Below are positions 9,250 through 19,042 of a stretch of DNA of 64,000 nt, one piece after another. The DNA is from an uncultured Gemmatimonadaceae bacterium. Lineage in GTDB: Bacteria > Gemmatimonadota > Gemmatimonadetes > Gemmatimonadales > Gemmatimonadaceae. A model generated the notes under the pieces. It was not told where the DNA came from. It saw only the letters and a list, made by a program, of their open reading frames with translations, and ran no database searches. How positions within the stretch are numbered: position 1 is the first letter of the stretch; each line of letters opens with the position of its first letter. Made by a program: the position numbers and the translations under genes. The stretch is taken from assembly GCA_963817955.1 (NCBI GenBank), contig CAWFQK010000003.1, positions 32,001 to 96,000 on the forward strand, read 5' to 3'.

Positions 9250-11663
9250 CAACGAGCGAGCCGAGGATGGACGTGAACGTTGCGGTGATCTGCATCCAGT
9301 CGCGTTTGTCGGTCGAATCCTTTTCCGGCACGAACACCATGCTGCCCGGCTGCGGTCTTGGCTCCGACGTGAAACCAAACACGTTCCGGTGGTTCGCGTC
9401 TACCTTGCCGTTGGGCTGCGTCACGTATGCGTGCCCACGGTCGCCCTTGATCGACTCGCCGCCAGCGGACCGAATGTAGTAGTCGAGATTCGCTCCTGGC
9501 ACGTACGCGACGCCCACCTGCGAATTCACGGCGCCACGCACCGTTACGACCGGTGTATACCGCGGGATGAGTACCGCATCCCCATCCACGAGCTGAAGAT
9601 TGTCGATGTAGCTCGGGTCGCGGAGCACGTGCGGCAGATCGACGCCCACTCGGCCAATGGAATTCTGCTTACGAACGAAGACGATTCCGTCAGGATATGC
9701 CGCAGTGGTGAGCCCGCCGGCGCGAGCGATGATGTCCGACAATTTTTCGGTTTTCCGAACGAGCGAGTATGCGCCGGGATATTGAACTTCGCCCTCGACG
9801 GTCACCGTTTGCAGCAACTGCCACTCCGGCTGACGCTTGATGAGCACGGCGTCGTAGGGCTGGAGCAGGACCTCGGGCGCTTTCGCGGTCGGCGCCGCAA
9901 AGCCTGGCGGTCCATGGTACTTACCGTCCGCCCCAAGATCCAAGAGATAGCTGGAATCGAGCGGAACGATGGTCGTTACCGCGGTGACTCCCGCCGCCCG
10001 GCTTTCCGGCAGGCGCGCGATCTCGGCGTTGGTGAGCAGAGCGCCCTCCTGCATGCCGCCGGCAAGCAGCACGGCATCGTGCAACGTCATGCCCTCGCGA
10101 AAGGGAATCTGACCCGACTGCCGAACCGCTCCATTCACGGTGATGTAGCGGACGGGCCGAAAGTCAGTGGTCGAGAACACGCTGATCTCGTCGCCATCGG
10201 CGAGACTGAGGTTGTTCACCGGCCGGCCGATGGTGTCGTACACGGCGGTGCGCAGCATCTGTCGCCTTGAATCGGCCGTCAGCCGCGTGACGAGCACTTC
10301 GCCGAGATAACTGTCCGGCTTGAGACCGCCGGCGCGGTGAAGTGCGTCGGATAGTGTCATGCCAGGCGTGAACGCCATGGCGCCAGGCGACCAGACGTTG
10401 CCTGTGACAGCGATGCGATTGGAAACGTGCGGCGCAATCTCCAGCACGTGCACGATATCGCCCGGCCGGAGCGGCTCGGTCGAGTTTTCCAGGGAGCCGG
10501 ATGCGACGTCGAAGAGCACACGGTCCTTGCCGGCCGCGGTGCGCTGTTCAGGCGGCACCACTCGGTCGATCTGCAGGCGCCGCCGGTCGGCCTCGGCGCG
10601 GAATCCGCCAGCCATGCGGAGCAGTTCTCGCAAGGTTTCGTTCGGCTTGAGCTCGTAGGTGGCGGGACGAATCACGGCGCCAGACAGACGAACGCGCGCC
10701 CCCCGCGGCGGCACGAAGACGATGTCTCCCGTCATCACGCGCAGATCGTTGGAGGCATTGCCGGAGAGGAGATAGTCGTAGAGATCGAGCGTGCCCGCGG
10801 TCTGACCTGCACGCCGCAACTCGATGTTGCGCATGTCGCCATTCTGGGTAGGGCCCGCCGCGGCGTACAGCGCACTCATGATCGTCCCGAGCTTGGATAC
10901 GCGATAACTGCCAGGCGTGGCGACGTCGCCGAGCACCGAAACCTGGCTGGTGCCGAGTCGCGAGACCGTCACGTCGAAGTGCGTTGATGCTCCCGCCCCG
11001 CGCCGCACGCCCGAGTACGCACGGCCGAGGCGTGAATACAGCAGATCGTCCAACTGCTGCATGGTGAGGTTGGCGACAGCAACCTGGCCGACATCGGGAA
11101 TGACGACGTAGCCTTCGCGCGTAATAGGTGAGGTTGTACGCTTTCTCGACGTCGCCTGTGAGGATGAGCACGAGCTCGTCACCCGGGCCAACACGATAGT
11201 CGCTCGGCACTGGTCCGGCGAGATTGGCGTCGAACTGCGTGGTCTGGCGGTGAAAGACGTCGATGCCGAACAGCGAAAGACCACTATCGGCCTGCGCCGC
11301 TGTGATGGGCACGGCGGCGAGTGGAGCGTTGGAGAAGTCGGTGGCGGTGCTGAGCCCAATTTGCGTACGGCTTCGAATACGTCAGCAGACATCGCCGTGG
11401 TCGAATCGGCAGTTCCGCCCGGCAGATAGGCGTCAAGCAGCGATGCCGAATACCCCTCCGCTTGCAAACGGGACCGAATCTGATCGGGCGTCATGCCACT
11501 GGCTTGCAACTGTGCCTGGAGCTGGGCGATCGTTTGCGGCGTGGCGCCGCTGATGAGCGCCTGGGCTTGCGCCGGAGTCGGGCGGGTTCTGAGCCAGGGC
11601 GGCCGGTGCGCAAAGAACGAGCAATGCGCCTGAAAGCCAGCCGCGCACGCGAGAAGCGATCAT
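9224..11663 (-). pseudogene. Large multi-SLBB polysaccharide export protein (KpsD/Wza-like) with three apparent 5' frameshifts (~11585, ~11355, ~11125)
   Basis: Signal peptide at 11663, LFGIDVF...DYRVGPGDEL in a second frame, and repeated SLBB units (VSVLGDV..PG.Y, V.G.V..PG) in the main frame. Confidence 0.75.
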
Positions 11664-11746
11664 GTGTGGATTGGACTTCGGGAGGAAACGGAATGGGGCA
11701 GGTATGAGGAATGAATAATGTAGGGCGGGAGAGGGGGTGTCTACGG

Positions 11747-11780
11747 GGGACACGGGACACGGGACACGGGACACGGGACA
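11747..11780. repeat. Heptamer tandem repeat (GGGACAC) x4 plus a partial unit
   Basis: Read directly from sequence. Confidence 0.95.
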
Positions 11781-11887
11781 GCAGCGGGCGGGACGACGAC
11801 TGACAACAACCCACCACCGATCACTGACGACCTCACCCGCTGTCTTGGTCGCGCGATCTATGGCCGCCGGCCTGCCGGATTCGTCGG

Positions 11888-13330
11888 TCAGGATCCGCGG
11901 TAGAGTCGTTCGAGGTTGATGAGCTGGACGTCCGCACGGGAGCGCCCGAGCCGCTCCATCTCGGCTGTGAACGCCGGGGCGAACAACAGCAGCTGTGCGC
12001 CGGCAGCCCTGGGCCCGAGCGCGGCACGTGCTTGCTCGAGGTGATGCAGGTGGCCCGAGCCTATGGTCTCGCCTGATTTCGCCTCGCCGATTGCGAGCAC
12101 ACGTCTGGCTGCCGGCTCGGGAGCGCCGCCGTCCGCCGCGACGACGACGTCGAGCTCGTGTTCGACGCCACTGATGGTCACGCTCGACGGCCCGACGTGA
12201 TCCGGCTCGCCCCCCAGGGTCTCTGGGCTTGCGAAGCGACGGACCCAGAGCCGCGCTTGCTCCTCGAACACGGGCCCGCGAACGCGAGCGTCGAAGACCG
12301 TCGCGAGCCGGCGGTCCCAGCTCGCGCGCGGATCGCGATCGCGCAGCAGCGTCGCGTGTGGCTCGAGCACGGCGTAATGGAACTGCAGGAATGGATCACT
12401 GAGCGCGTACGTGGGTCGCCGCGCGCGCACCGGGTCCTCGTGGCGGACGACGAAGCCTGCGGCAACGAGACGTTTGAGCGCCGGGTCCAGGTTCGGGACT
12501 TGGCGGCGGAGCTGGTTCGCGATGGTGCCCGCCGTCACGGCGCCGTTCGCGATCACCGCCAGCAGGCTGTGGTGGAGCGTTTGGCTTGCCGCGGCCAGCG
12601 TCGGATCCTCGGCGAGGAGCGTGGTGGCCTCGTGATGCAGCGTCGCGGCAGGGGACAGCACGCGCTCGGCAACCCAGCGGGGAAAGTCATCCAGGTCGCG
12701 GGGCAAATCGTCATCGACCATGTCGGTGGCATACCCGACCACGCCGTCGATGACGGCGAACACGCGGGCCGCCAACGTCAGGTCGGGATCGTTCCCGAGG
12801 AGCGCGGCAGCCCGCCGGTAGTCAAATGGCTGCATCACGAGCTCGAGGCCTGCGCGGCCGCGGAGCGGTGCTTGTCCGTCCGTCAGCTTGCGCATCATGG
12901 CGATCGCGGACCCGCAGAGGATGAGGCGCGACCGGCCGCCCGCGCCGCGCCGCGATGGCCCGAGGAGCGTCGCGATGATGGAATCGAGCCCAGGCTCTGC
13001 TTCGAGCAAGTAGCCGACTTCGTCGAGCACGACCGGTGTGGCGCCGGCAGTCCCGAGCTGGAGGAGACGCGTGAGGGCGTCCTCCCATCCGGTGAGCGCG
13101 AGAGGACCAACGCCAAGATGGGCACCGAGCGCCTCACCGAGGCGGGTGAGATGGATGGCGGTCTCCGCGCGCGTCGCTTCCCAGTAGAACCCGCGACGCT
13201 CCTTAGTCAGGGCCGCGAGGAGCGTCGATTTGCCAATCCGGCGGCGCCCGTAGACGAGGGCGAGGGTGTGACGATCGACCTCGCTGTCGAGGAATCGGGT
13301 CAGCGGTTCTGTGGCGTGGCTGATGTCCAT
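11888..13330 (-). CDS. P-loop ATPase (archaeal-ATPase/DUF234 type) with wHTH and C-terminal PD-(D/E)xK-like domain
   Basis: Walker A YGRRRIGKST, Walker B VVLDE, LILCGS, Y.LSDPFL.FH, and ELDVV...IGEAK nuclease-like motif. Confidence 0.8.
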   Translation of the reverse strand: MDISHATEPLTRFLDSEVDRHTLALVYGRRRIGKSTLLAALTKERRGFYWEATRAETAIHLTRLGEALGAHLGVGPLALTGWEDALTRLLQLGTAGATPVVLDEVGYLLEAEPGLDSIIATLLGPSRRGAGGRSRLILCGSAIAMMRKLTDGQAPLRGRAGLELVMQPFDYRRAAALLGNDPDLTLAARVFAVIDGVVGYATDMVDDDLPRDLDDFPRWVAERVLSPAATLHHEATTLLAEDPTLAAASQTLHHSLLAVIANGAVTAGTIANQLRRQVPNLDPALKRLVAAGFVVRHEDPVRARRPTYALSDPFLQFHYAVLEPHATLLRDRDPRASWDRRLATVFDARVRGPVFEEQARLWVRRFASPETLGGEPDHVGPSSVTISGVEHELDVVVAADGGAPEPAARRVLAIGEAKSGETIGSGHLHHLEQARAALGPRAAGAQLLLFAPAFTAEMERLGRSRADVQLINLERLYRGS

Positions 13331-13373
13331 GGGCTTGGATGCGTAGGGTGCGGACCAAAGTACACCATGGCCA

Positions 13374-13395
13374 ATACTATTGCCAACAATAGTAT
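13374..13395. promoter_or_regulatory. Perfect palindrome, putative operator upstream of the ATPase gene
   Basis: ATACTATTG-CCAA-CAATAGTAT, AT-rich, 44 nt upstream of the 13330 start. Confidence 0.55.
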
Positions 13396-13529
13396 CTAAT
13401 GCGATACTTTGCCCAAGCGGTCAGTAGAAACCGGGCTCGGAGCCCAACCCACGCCTCACGATCGCAGCGTCGTCGTTTATAATGCACATTTGTCGTTTAT
13501 AGCAGACAATTGTATGTTATAGGCGACAA

Positions 13530-14161
13530 GGCTCGATCTGCTCGAACAAACGGGCATCGTGACCTACGTCGGCGCCGGTCGCCAGCGTCAGGTCCAATTC
13601 CGCCGCGACCACCCGCTCGCGCCGGCACTCGAGGCACTCTTCACCGCAGAGAACACTACCTTCGCCGAGTTCCTCGATGCGCTGCGTGCGGCTGCAGCGA
13701 GCATCCCGGGCGCCACGGCAGTATGGCTCGAGGGCCCCCTCACGACCGGGACCGACACGCTGAGCGAGCCGGTGGCGTGCTTCGTCATCGGAGCGCCTGC
13801 TCGACTACCGAGGATATCCACGGAACTCCGGGACGCGTTCGCTCCCATCGAACGCATGTACGACGTGACGATCCCGATCCATGGACTCACTCGAAGCGAG
13901 CTCGCGACGCGCGATGAAGGAGGCGTGGAGTCGCTCCTCGATGCGATCCTTCTTGCAGGCACACCCCCTGCCGCATTCCACCCGATCGCCCGCGAACGAC
14001 TTGCGCGGCAGAGCCGCATCACGGGGCACGGCGATCACGATGCCCACGCCCTCGCGACTGCATCGGTACTGGCCGATCTGGTGGCGACGGGACACGAGAT
14101 GCCTGTCATCCTGAGCAAAGCGAAGGATCTCTGTGACCGGCGGGCCGACCGGTCGCGATAA
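13530..14161 (+). pseudogene. Probable relic of an HTH plus degenerate nucleotidyltransferase-like gene
   Basis: In-frame RLDLLEQTGIVTYVGAGRQRQV resembles the end of a winged HTH with no upstream start; AVWLEGPLTTGTD resembles a decayed GS..G.D NTase motif; 3' end runs into repeat DNA. Confidence 0.4.
14102..14131 (+). repeat. REP-like short palindromic element CCTGTCATCCTGAGCAAAGCGAAGGATCTC
   Basis: Related copies at 53842-53871 (minus strand) and partially at 32558-32580. Confidence 0.7.
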
Positions 14162-14194
14162 CCGCCCGATGGCGATCCCGCTACTTGTCCATCG

Positions 14195-14280
14195 CGGCCA
14201 GGTCGGCCGCCTCCCGCTTCCGCCGCGGCGATGAGTTGGGAGAGCTGCGTCTTGGCTTTGTGGATGGTAACGGGTTTCAC
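14195..14280 (-). pseudogene. Fragment of a Phd/YefM-family antitoxin
   Basis: VKPVTIHKAKTQLSQLIAAAEAG matches the Phd N-terminal motif; similarity is lost afterwards and no toxin follows. Confidence 0.6.
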
Positions 14281-14330
14281 TGTGCTCCCGAGTAGATGCG
14301 CCCTGAGCGCTGAGGGTCGGGCAACCCTCG

Positions 14331-15617
14331 TCAACCGAAGATCAAGCGACTCCGGCCGGAAAGGGCGTACTCAATCTGCGCGTTTTTTACAGGTCGCCGG
14401 GGGAGGACGAGGACGTAGCCCTCGGCAACGAGGTAGTTCACGATCTTGGATGCGGCGCTCTGGCCTAACCCCCACATCGCGCGGAGTGTGGTCTGCGTCT
14501 GCGTCGCGCCCGGCGCCCTAACTCCCCACGTCCTGAGGTGGGCCGCCCACCCTTTCTCGCTGATGCCGGCGAGCGCCTGGTCGTACCGGCGCTGCAGGAT
14601 CGGTCGCAGCTGCTCAAGCCCGAGGGGACGGGCCGGCTCGACGAGTCCGAGGAGCGGTTTCACCCCGTCCTCGAGCGCGCGCAGGAAGCCGCGGAGATCA
14701 CCGCCAAAGAGGTCGTAGAGCGCCTCGACCGCGACAGACTCGACCGGCGGGAGAACCGGCTGCCTCGAGTCCGCCCGAAGATACGTGTAGCGAGCCGTGA
14801 GTAGCGCGTGGACCTCGGCGACATGCAGGGGCTCGAGGTGGAGGACGCGCGCGTGGTTTCGCACCTGCTGGCTCCCAAGGGCGGTGTTGACAGCGTCAGT
14901 CGTGCCGACCAGCACGTAGTGCAGCCCGTTGTGCAGCAGCATTACATCCCGAAGCGTCTTGAACATCTCGCCGGCGCGCTTGGCGTCCGGGTCGCTCAGG
15001 TTTTCAAGGTTGTTGAGGTGCAGCAGAACCCCGCGCGCGTCGGACTCCGCTACGATCATGCGCATGAGATCGCGCATGACGCGTGGTCCGTCGATCATAA
15101 GGTCCTTCGGCGTGACGACACTTGTCCCCCGGGAGCCACCGATGCCGCCGATGCCGGGGATCGATAGACTGACACCGACTGAGGAGAGGCGCGTCGCGCG
15201 TACGAGGATCTGAGCGTCCTGCATCGCTCGGTTGTCGCCTGAGTACGGGCGGTTCGCCAGGATCGTGTCGTACAGCCCGCCGAGCACCCGCGCGAAGAGG
15301 GTCTCCGGCGTATCGGTCTGCAGGACTGGCACGATCGAGTCGGTGGTGAGGAATCCGTCCTCCTGCGTCTGCGCCTTCAGCTCCTTCACGAGCGTCGTCT
15401 TCCCGACGCCGAGGGCGCCGGCGACCCCCTGCACGCTACCGTCATCCCCGGCATCCCGGATTGTCCCGAGCAGTTCCTTGAGTTCGGCGGCACGCCCGAC
15501 GAACAAGCTCAGCGGTCGGGGAGAGTTCGACCCTGCTTCCAGCTCCCGCTGGAAGAAGGGGGACTGGCTCAGGTTGAAGATGCTCCAAGTGGTCGGAAGC
15601 GGGCGGTGGTCAGCCAT
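14331..15617 (-). CDS. P-loop/AAA-like ATPase with probable C-terminal winged HTH
   Basis: LFVGR, Walker A GALGVGKTT, atypical Walker B LLHLNNLEN, GGDLR, C-terminal QSAASKIVNYLVAEGYV. Confidence 0.7.
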   Translation of the reverse strand: MADHRPLPTTWSIFNLSQSPFFQRELEAGSNSPRPLSLFVGRAAELKELLGTIRDAGDDGSVQGVAGALGVGKTTLVKELKAQTQEDGFLTTDSIVPVLQTDTPETLFARVLGGLYDTILANRPYSGDNRAMQDAQILVRATRLSSVGVSLSIPGIGGIGGSRGTSVVTPKDLMIDGPRVMRDLMRMIVAESDARGVLLHLNNLENLSDPDAKRAGEMFKTLRDVMLLHNGLHYVLVGTTDAVNTALGSQQVRNHARVLHLEPLHVAEVHALLTARYTYLRADSRQPVLPPVESVAVEALYDLFGGDLRGFLRALEDGVKPLLGLVEPARPLGLEQLRPILQRRYDQALAGISEKGWAAHLRTWGVRAPGATQTQTTLRAMWGLGQSAASKIVNYLVAEGYVLVLPRRPVKNAQIEYALSGRSRLIFG

Positions 15618-15655
15618 GGTATTCCCTAGACGATCGGAAAGGCGGAATGACACTA

Positions 15656-15681
15656 CGGTATTCCATGTAGGCGGAATACCG
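15656..15681. promoter_or_regulatory. Perfect palindrome, putative operator upstream of the second ATPase
   Basis: CGGTATTCC-N8-GGAATACCG with further GGAAT/ATTCC half sites between 15618 and 15717. Confidence 0.5.
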
Positions 15682-15783
15682 CCACGGAATGACGTCAGAT
15701 CGGCTGGTTCTGGAATATCCACATGTGGACGCGGGTGTGGGGTCCAGGTTTCCGCGAACACTAGGATAATCGCATTCGCCGCA

Positions 15784-16653
15784 CTACCGGCGAACTCGAC
15801 GCCCCACCGCCGCCGTAATGCGCCCTACGAAAACAGCCGTAGCCACGCCGAGCAGCGCACCCGCGATCATGTCCACCCCGTAGTGGAATCCGCCGTAGAC
15901 CGCGCCCACGCCTACCAGTAGCGCTACTCCCCACACCGCGTACGACACGCTCCGCTGCCAGCGCCAGGCGAGCATGGCTTGCGTGACGGTCACCGCCATG
16001 TGCGACGACGGGAACGCCGCGCCGCGAGAGGAGCCGGCCGCAAGCAGGTGCGTCGCGAGCGAGCGGAACGGGCCCTGGGGGATGCCAGCTGGCTGGGTCC
16101 ATAGGTACCGAGGGCCCTGCACGGGGAATAGCGCAAAGATGGTCCAGCAAACGGTGTAGGTCACCGTGAGCGCCAGAATGGTCTCGCCGAGGGCTTTCCG
16201 ATTGCCCTTGAGAAAGAGCAGCAGCGGCGGGACAAAGATGACCGGGTAATACGCGAGGTAGCCGGCGTGGAGGAGCTCGCTCAGAGCGGTGAGCGGTAGA
16301 GCGGGCGCCAGGGTGTGGGCAGGCTGGGTGTGGAAGAGGGCTAGTTCCCAGGCCTGAATCAGGGTGTCGTGGTAGGTGGTGCCGAGGGTGGTAATGAGTT
16401 GGGGGAGCTCGGCATAGAGGATGGGGCAGACGAGCAACGGGACCAGGGTGGCGAGGCTGTTACTCTGAGCCCCGCCTGCACTCAAGACAACTGCGAGTAC
16501 CAACAACGCCAGGTGGACGAGCGCCAATATGGCGTGCCCACCAGCGGCCAAAACGCTCCCGGACAGGGCCAGGTAGCCCGCCAGCCAGACGAGGGCCAAG
16601 CTGCCTGCGTCAGCGCTGATTTCGCGTAAAGTCGTCTCGCTCCCTACATTCAC
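15784..16653 (-). CDS. PAP2-superfamily membrane enzyme, AUR1/inositol-phosphorylceramide-synthase-like (start uncertain)
   Basis: Multi-TM; FPVQGPRY, AFPSSH and HYGVD motifs. Confidence 0.75.
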   Translation of the reverse strand: MNVGSETTLREISADAGSLALVWLAGYLALSGSVLAAGGHAILALVHLALLVLAVVLSAGGAQSNSLATLVPLLVCPILYAELPQLITTLGTTYHDTLIQAWELALFHTQPAHTLAPALPLTALSELLHAGYLAYYPVIFVPPLLLFLKGNRKALGETILALTVTYTVCWTIFALFPVQGPRYLWTQPAGIPQGPFRSLATHLLAAGSSRGAAFPSSHMAVTVTQAMLAWRWQRSVSYAVWGVALLVGVGAVYGGFHYGVDMIAGALLGVATAVFVGRITAAVGRRVRR

Positions 16654-16657
16654 CCGC

Positions 16658-17800
16658 GTGTCCGTTGAAATCATCCCAGTAGAGTCGTCGCGCGACCTGC
16701 GCCGGTTCGTGGATCTGCCCTGGAAGATCTATAACCGGAAGGACCACCCGCAGTGGGTCCCGCCGCTTCGCATTGCCGTCCGCGATGCGCTCGACAAGAA
16801 GAACAATCCGTTCTACCGCGACGCCGACCGGCAGCTCTTTCTTGCGCTGCGGAGCGGTGTGCCGGTGGGCCGCATTGCCGCGATCGAGAACCGGGCGCAC
16901 AACCGTTTCCACAACGACCGCGTCGGCTTCTTCGGCTTCTTTGAATGCCAGGACGACCAGGAAGCAGCCACCGCGCTCTTTGCGTCGGCCGAAACATGGT
17001 TGCGAAGCCGAGGCCTGAACATAATGCGCGGGCCGACGAATCCGTCGACGAACCACGAGTGCGGCCTGCTCGTGCGCGGCTTCCGCTGGCATCCCATGAT
17101 CATGACGACGTGGAATCCGCGCTACTACTCCACGCTGGTCGAGGGCGCCGGCTTTTCCAAGGCAAAGGACCTGCTCGCGTACTTCTTTCCCATGCAGGGC
17201 GAGCGGGCGTTCGAGCTGCCGGAACAATACCGCCGCCACGCCGAGCGTGCGCTCAAGGGCGCCAAGCTCACCTTCCGCGACATCGACCTCAAGAAGTTCG
17301 ATCCGGAGGTGGAGCGCTGCTGGGAGATCTACAATTCAGCGTGGGATGACAATTGGGGATTCTTCCCCATGTCGCACGAGAGCTTTCTGCACGAAGCCAA
17401 GGTGCTCAAGTACATCTGTCTGCCGCAATTCACCTTCATGGCGGAAGTGGACGGCGAGCCGGCAGGCTTCATGATCATTGTGCCCGACTTTCACCACGCG
17501 TTCAAAGCGGTGGGAAATGGACGGCTGTTCCCCACCGGCCTGCTCAAGATTCTGGCGGCCAAGCGCCGGCTGCGCTCGGGCCGAATCATGATCCTGGGCG
17601 CCAAGGCCGAGTTTCGATCGCGCGGCATCTTTGCGCTATTCGCGCACGAGATGTTCCGCCGAGGAAAGGCCTACGGGGCAGTTGGCGCCGAGGCGTCGTG
17701 GATTCTCGAGGACAACGACAAGCTGGTGAAGCCGATAGAGGCGTTGGGGGCAAAGGAGTACAGGCGGTGGCGGTTGTACGACCGGACGATCGCGCGTTAA
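16658..17800 (+). CDS. GNAT-fold N-acyltransferase, YghO/bacterial ceramide synthase (bCerS)-like
   Basis: WVPPL, NPF, GRIAAI, GFFGFFEC, NSAWDDNWGF, SWILEDN motifs; directly upstream of an Spt-like gene. Confidence 0.75.
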   Translation: MSVEIIPVESSRDLRRFVDLPWKIYNRKDHPQWVPPLRIAVRDALDKKNNPFYRDADRQLFLALRSGVPVGRIAAIENRAHNRFHNDRVGFFGFFECQDDQEAATALFASAETWLRSRGLNIMRGPTNPSTNHECGLLVRGFRWHPMIMTTWNPRYYSTLVEGAGFSKAKDLLAYFFPMQGERAFELPEQYRRHAERALKGAKLTFRDIDLKKFDPEVERCWEIYNSAWDDNWGFFPMSHESFLHEAKVLKYICLPQFTFMAEVDGEPAGFMIIVPDFHHAFKAVGNGRLFPTGLLKILAAKRRLRSGRIMILGAKAEFRSRGIFALFAHEMFRRGKAYGAVGAEASWILEDNDKLVKPIEALGAKEYRRWRLYDRTIAR

Positions 17801-17832
17801 TTGATGACATGCTTTGCCAAGGGTGACAGATT

Positions 17833-19032
17833 GTGAGCATCTTCGATAAATGTGAGGGTTATACGCTGGCCCGGGACCACGAAGCCGTGGGCCTGTATCC
17901 GTATTTCCATCCGATCGAAGAAGCCACCGCCACGGACGCGAAGATTCGCGGCGAGTGGAAGATCATGGTGGGCTCGAACAATTATCTCGGGCTCACACAT
18001 CACCCCAAGGTGCTCGAAGCAGCGCGCGCCGGGCTCGCGAAGTACGGTAGCGGTTCCACGGGCAGCCGTTTTCTCAACGGCACGCTCGACCTGCACTACG
18101 AGCTCGAGGCGCGGCTCGCCGCGTTGTTTCGCAAGGAAGCAGCGCTCGTGTTCACCACGGGGTATCAGGCCAGCATTGGCGCCATCGCGCCACTCGTCGC
18201 CCGCGGCGACCATCTCTTCCTGGATCGCCTGGACCACGCGTCGCTCGTAGACGGTTCGCGTCTATCGCATGGCGAAGTGCACCGCTACGGGTACAATGAT
18301 TTCCTGTCGCTCGACAAGCAGTTGGCGAAACTTCCGGCCGGCGCAAACAAACTGGTGGTGAGCGACGGTGTATTCTCGATGGAAGGGAGCATCGTCGATC
18401 TGCCGAATCTGGTGAAGGTATCGAAGCAGCACGGCGCGCAGGTAATGGTCGACGAGGCACACGCGCTCGGGGTGCTCGGCGACGACGGAGCGGGAACGGT
18501 GAGCCACTTCGGGCTGCACGACGGGGTCGATCTCGTGCTTGCCACGTTCTCCAAATCGCTCGCCTCGGTGGGCGGTGTCGTTGCCGGCTCCGACATGGTG
18601 ATCCACTGGCTGCGTCACCATAGCCGCGCGCTCATGTTCACGGCGAGCATGCCCCCGGCGTCCGTCGCCGGCGCACTTGCCGCGCTCAGTGTGATGCAGG
18701 ATGAGCCGGAACGGCGCCTGCGATTGTTGGCGAACACCAATCGGGTGGCCGAAGGGCTACGATCCCTTGGGTTCGACATTGGGCAGACGCAGACGCCGGT
18801 CATCCCGGTGTTGATCGGCGATCTGGAGAAGGTGCTGCAGGTATGGCGCGCGTTGTTCGACGACGGGATTTTCGCTCACCCGATCGTGCCACCCGCGGTG
18901 CCAATGAACGCGTGCCGGATCAGGATCTCGATGTCGGCGGAGCACACGGACGAGCAGGTGGACCGGGTGTTGGAGGCGTTCGCGAAGATTCGATCGGCGT
19001 TGGGCGACGAACGATGGGCGTTGTCGTCCTGA
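17833..19032 (+). CDS. spt: PLP-dependent alpha-oxoamine synthase, probable serine palmitoyltransferase
   Basis: GSNNYLGL, GSRFLNGTLDLH (Spt-type), DHASL, DGVFSMEG, DEAH, TFSKS; cluster context. Confidence 0.75.
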   Translation: MSIFDKCEGYTLARDHEAVGLYPYFHPIEEATATDAKIRGEWKIMVGSNNYLGLTHHPKVLEAARAGLAKYGSGSTGSRFLNGTLDLHYELEARLAALFRKEAALVFTTGYQASIGAIAPLVARGDHLFLDRLDHASLVDGSRLSHGEVHRYGYNDFLSLDKQLAKLPAGANKLVVSDGVFSMEGSIVDLPNLVKVSKQHGAQVMVDEAHALGVLGDDGAGTVSHFGLHDGVDLVLATFSKSLASVGGVVAGSDMVIHWLRHHSRALMFTASMPPASVAGALAALSVMQDEPERRLRLLANTNRVAEGLRSLGFDIGQTQTPVIPVLIGDLEKVLQVWRALFDDGIFAHPIVPPAVPMNACRIRISMSAEHTDEQVDRVLEAFAKIRSALGDERWALSS

Positions 19033-19042
19033 ACGGCATAAC

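Noticed and set aside
17833..19032. bioF or kbl call for the PLP enzyme
   Set aside because: GSRFLNGT motif and GNAT/SDR neighbours fit Spt better; no bio or tdh genes nearby (not formally excluded)
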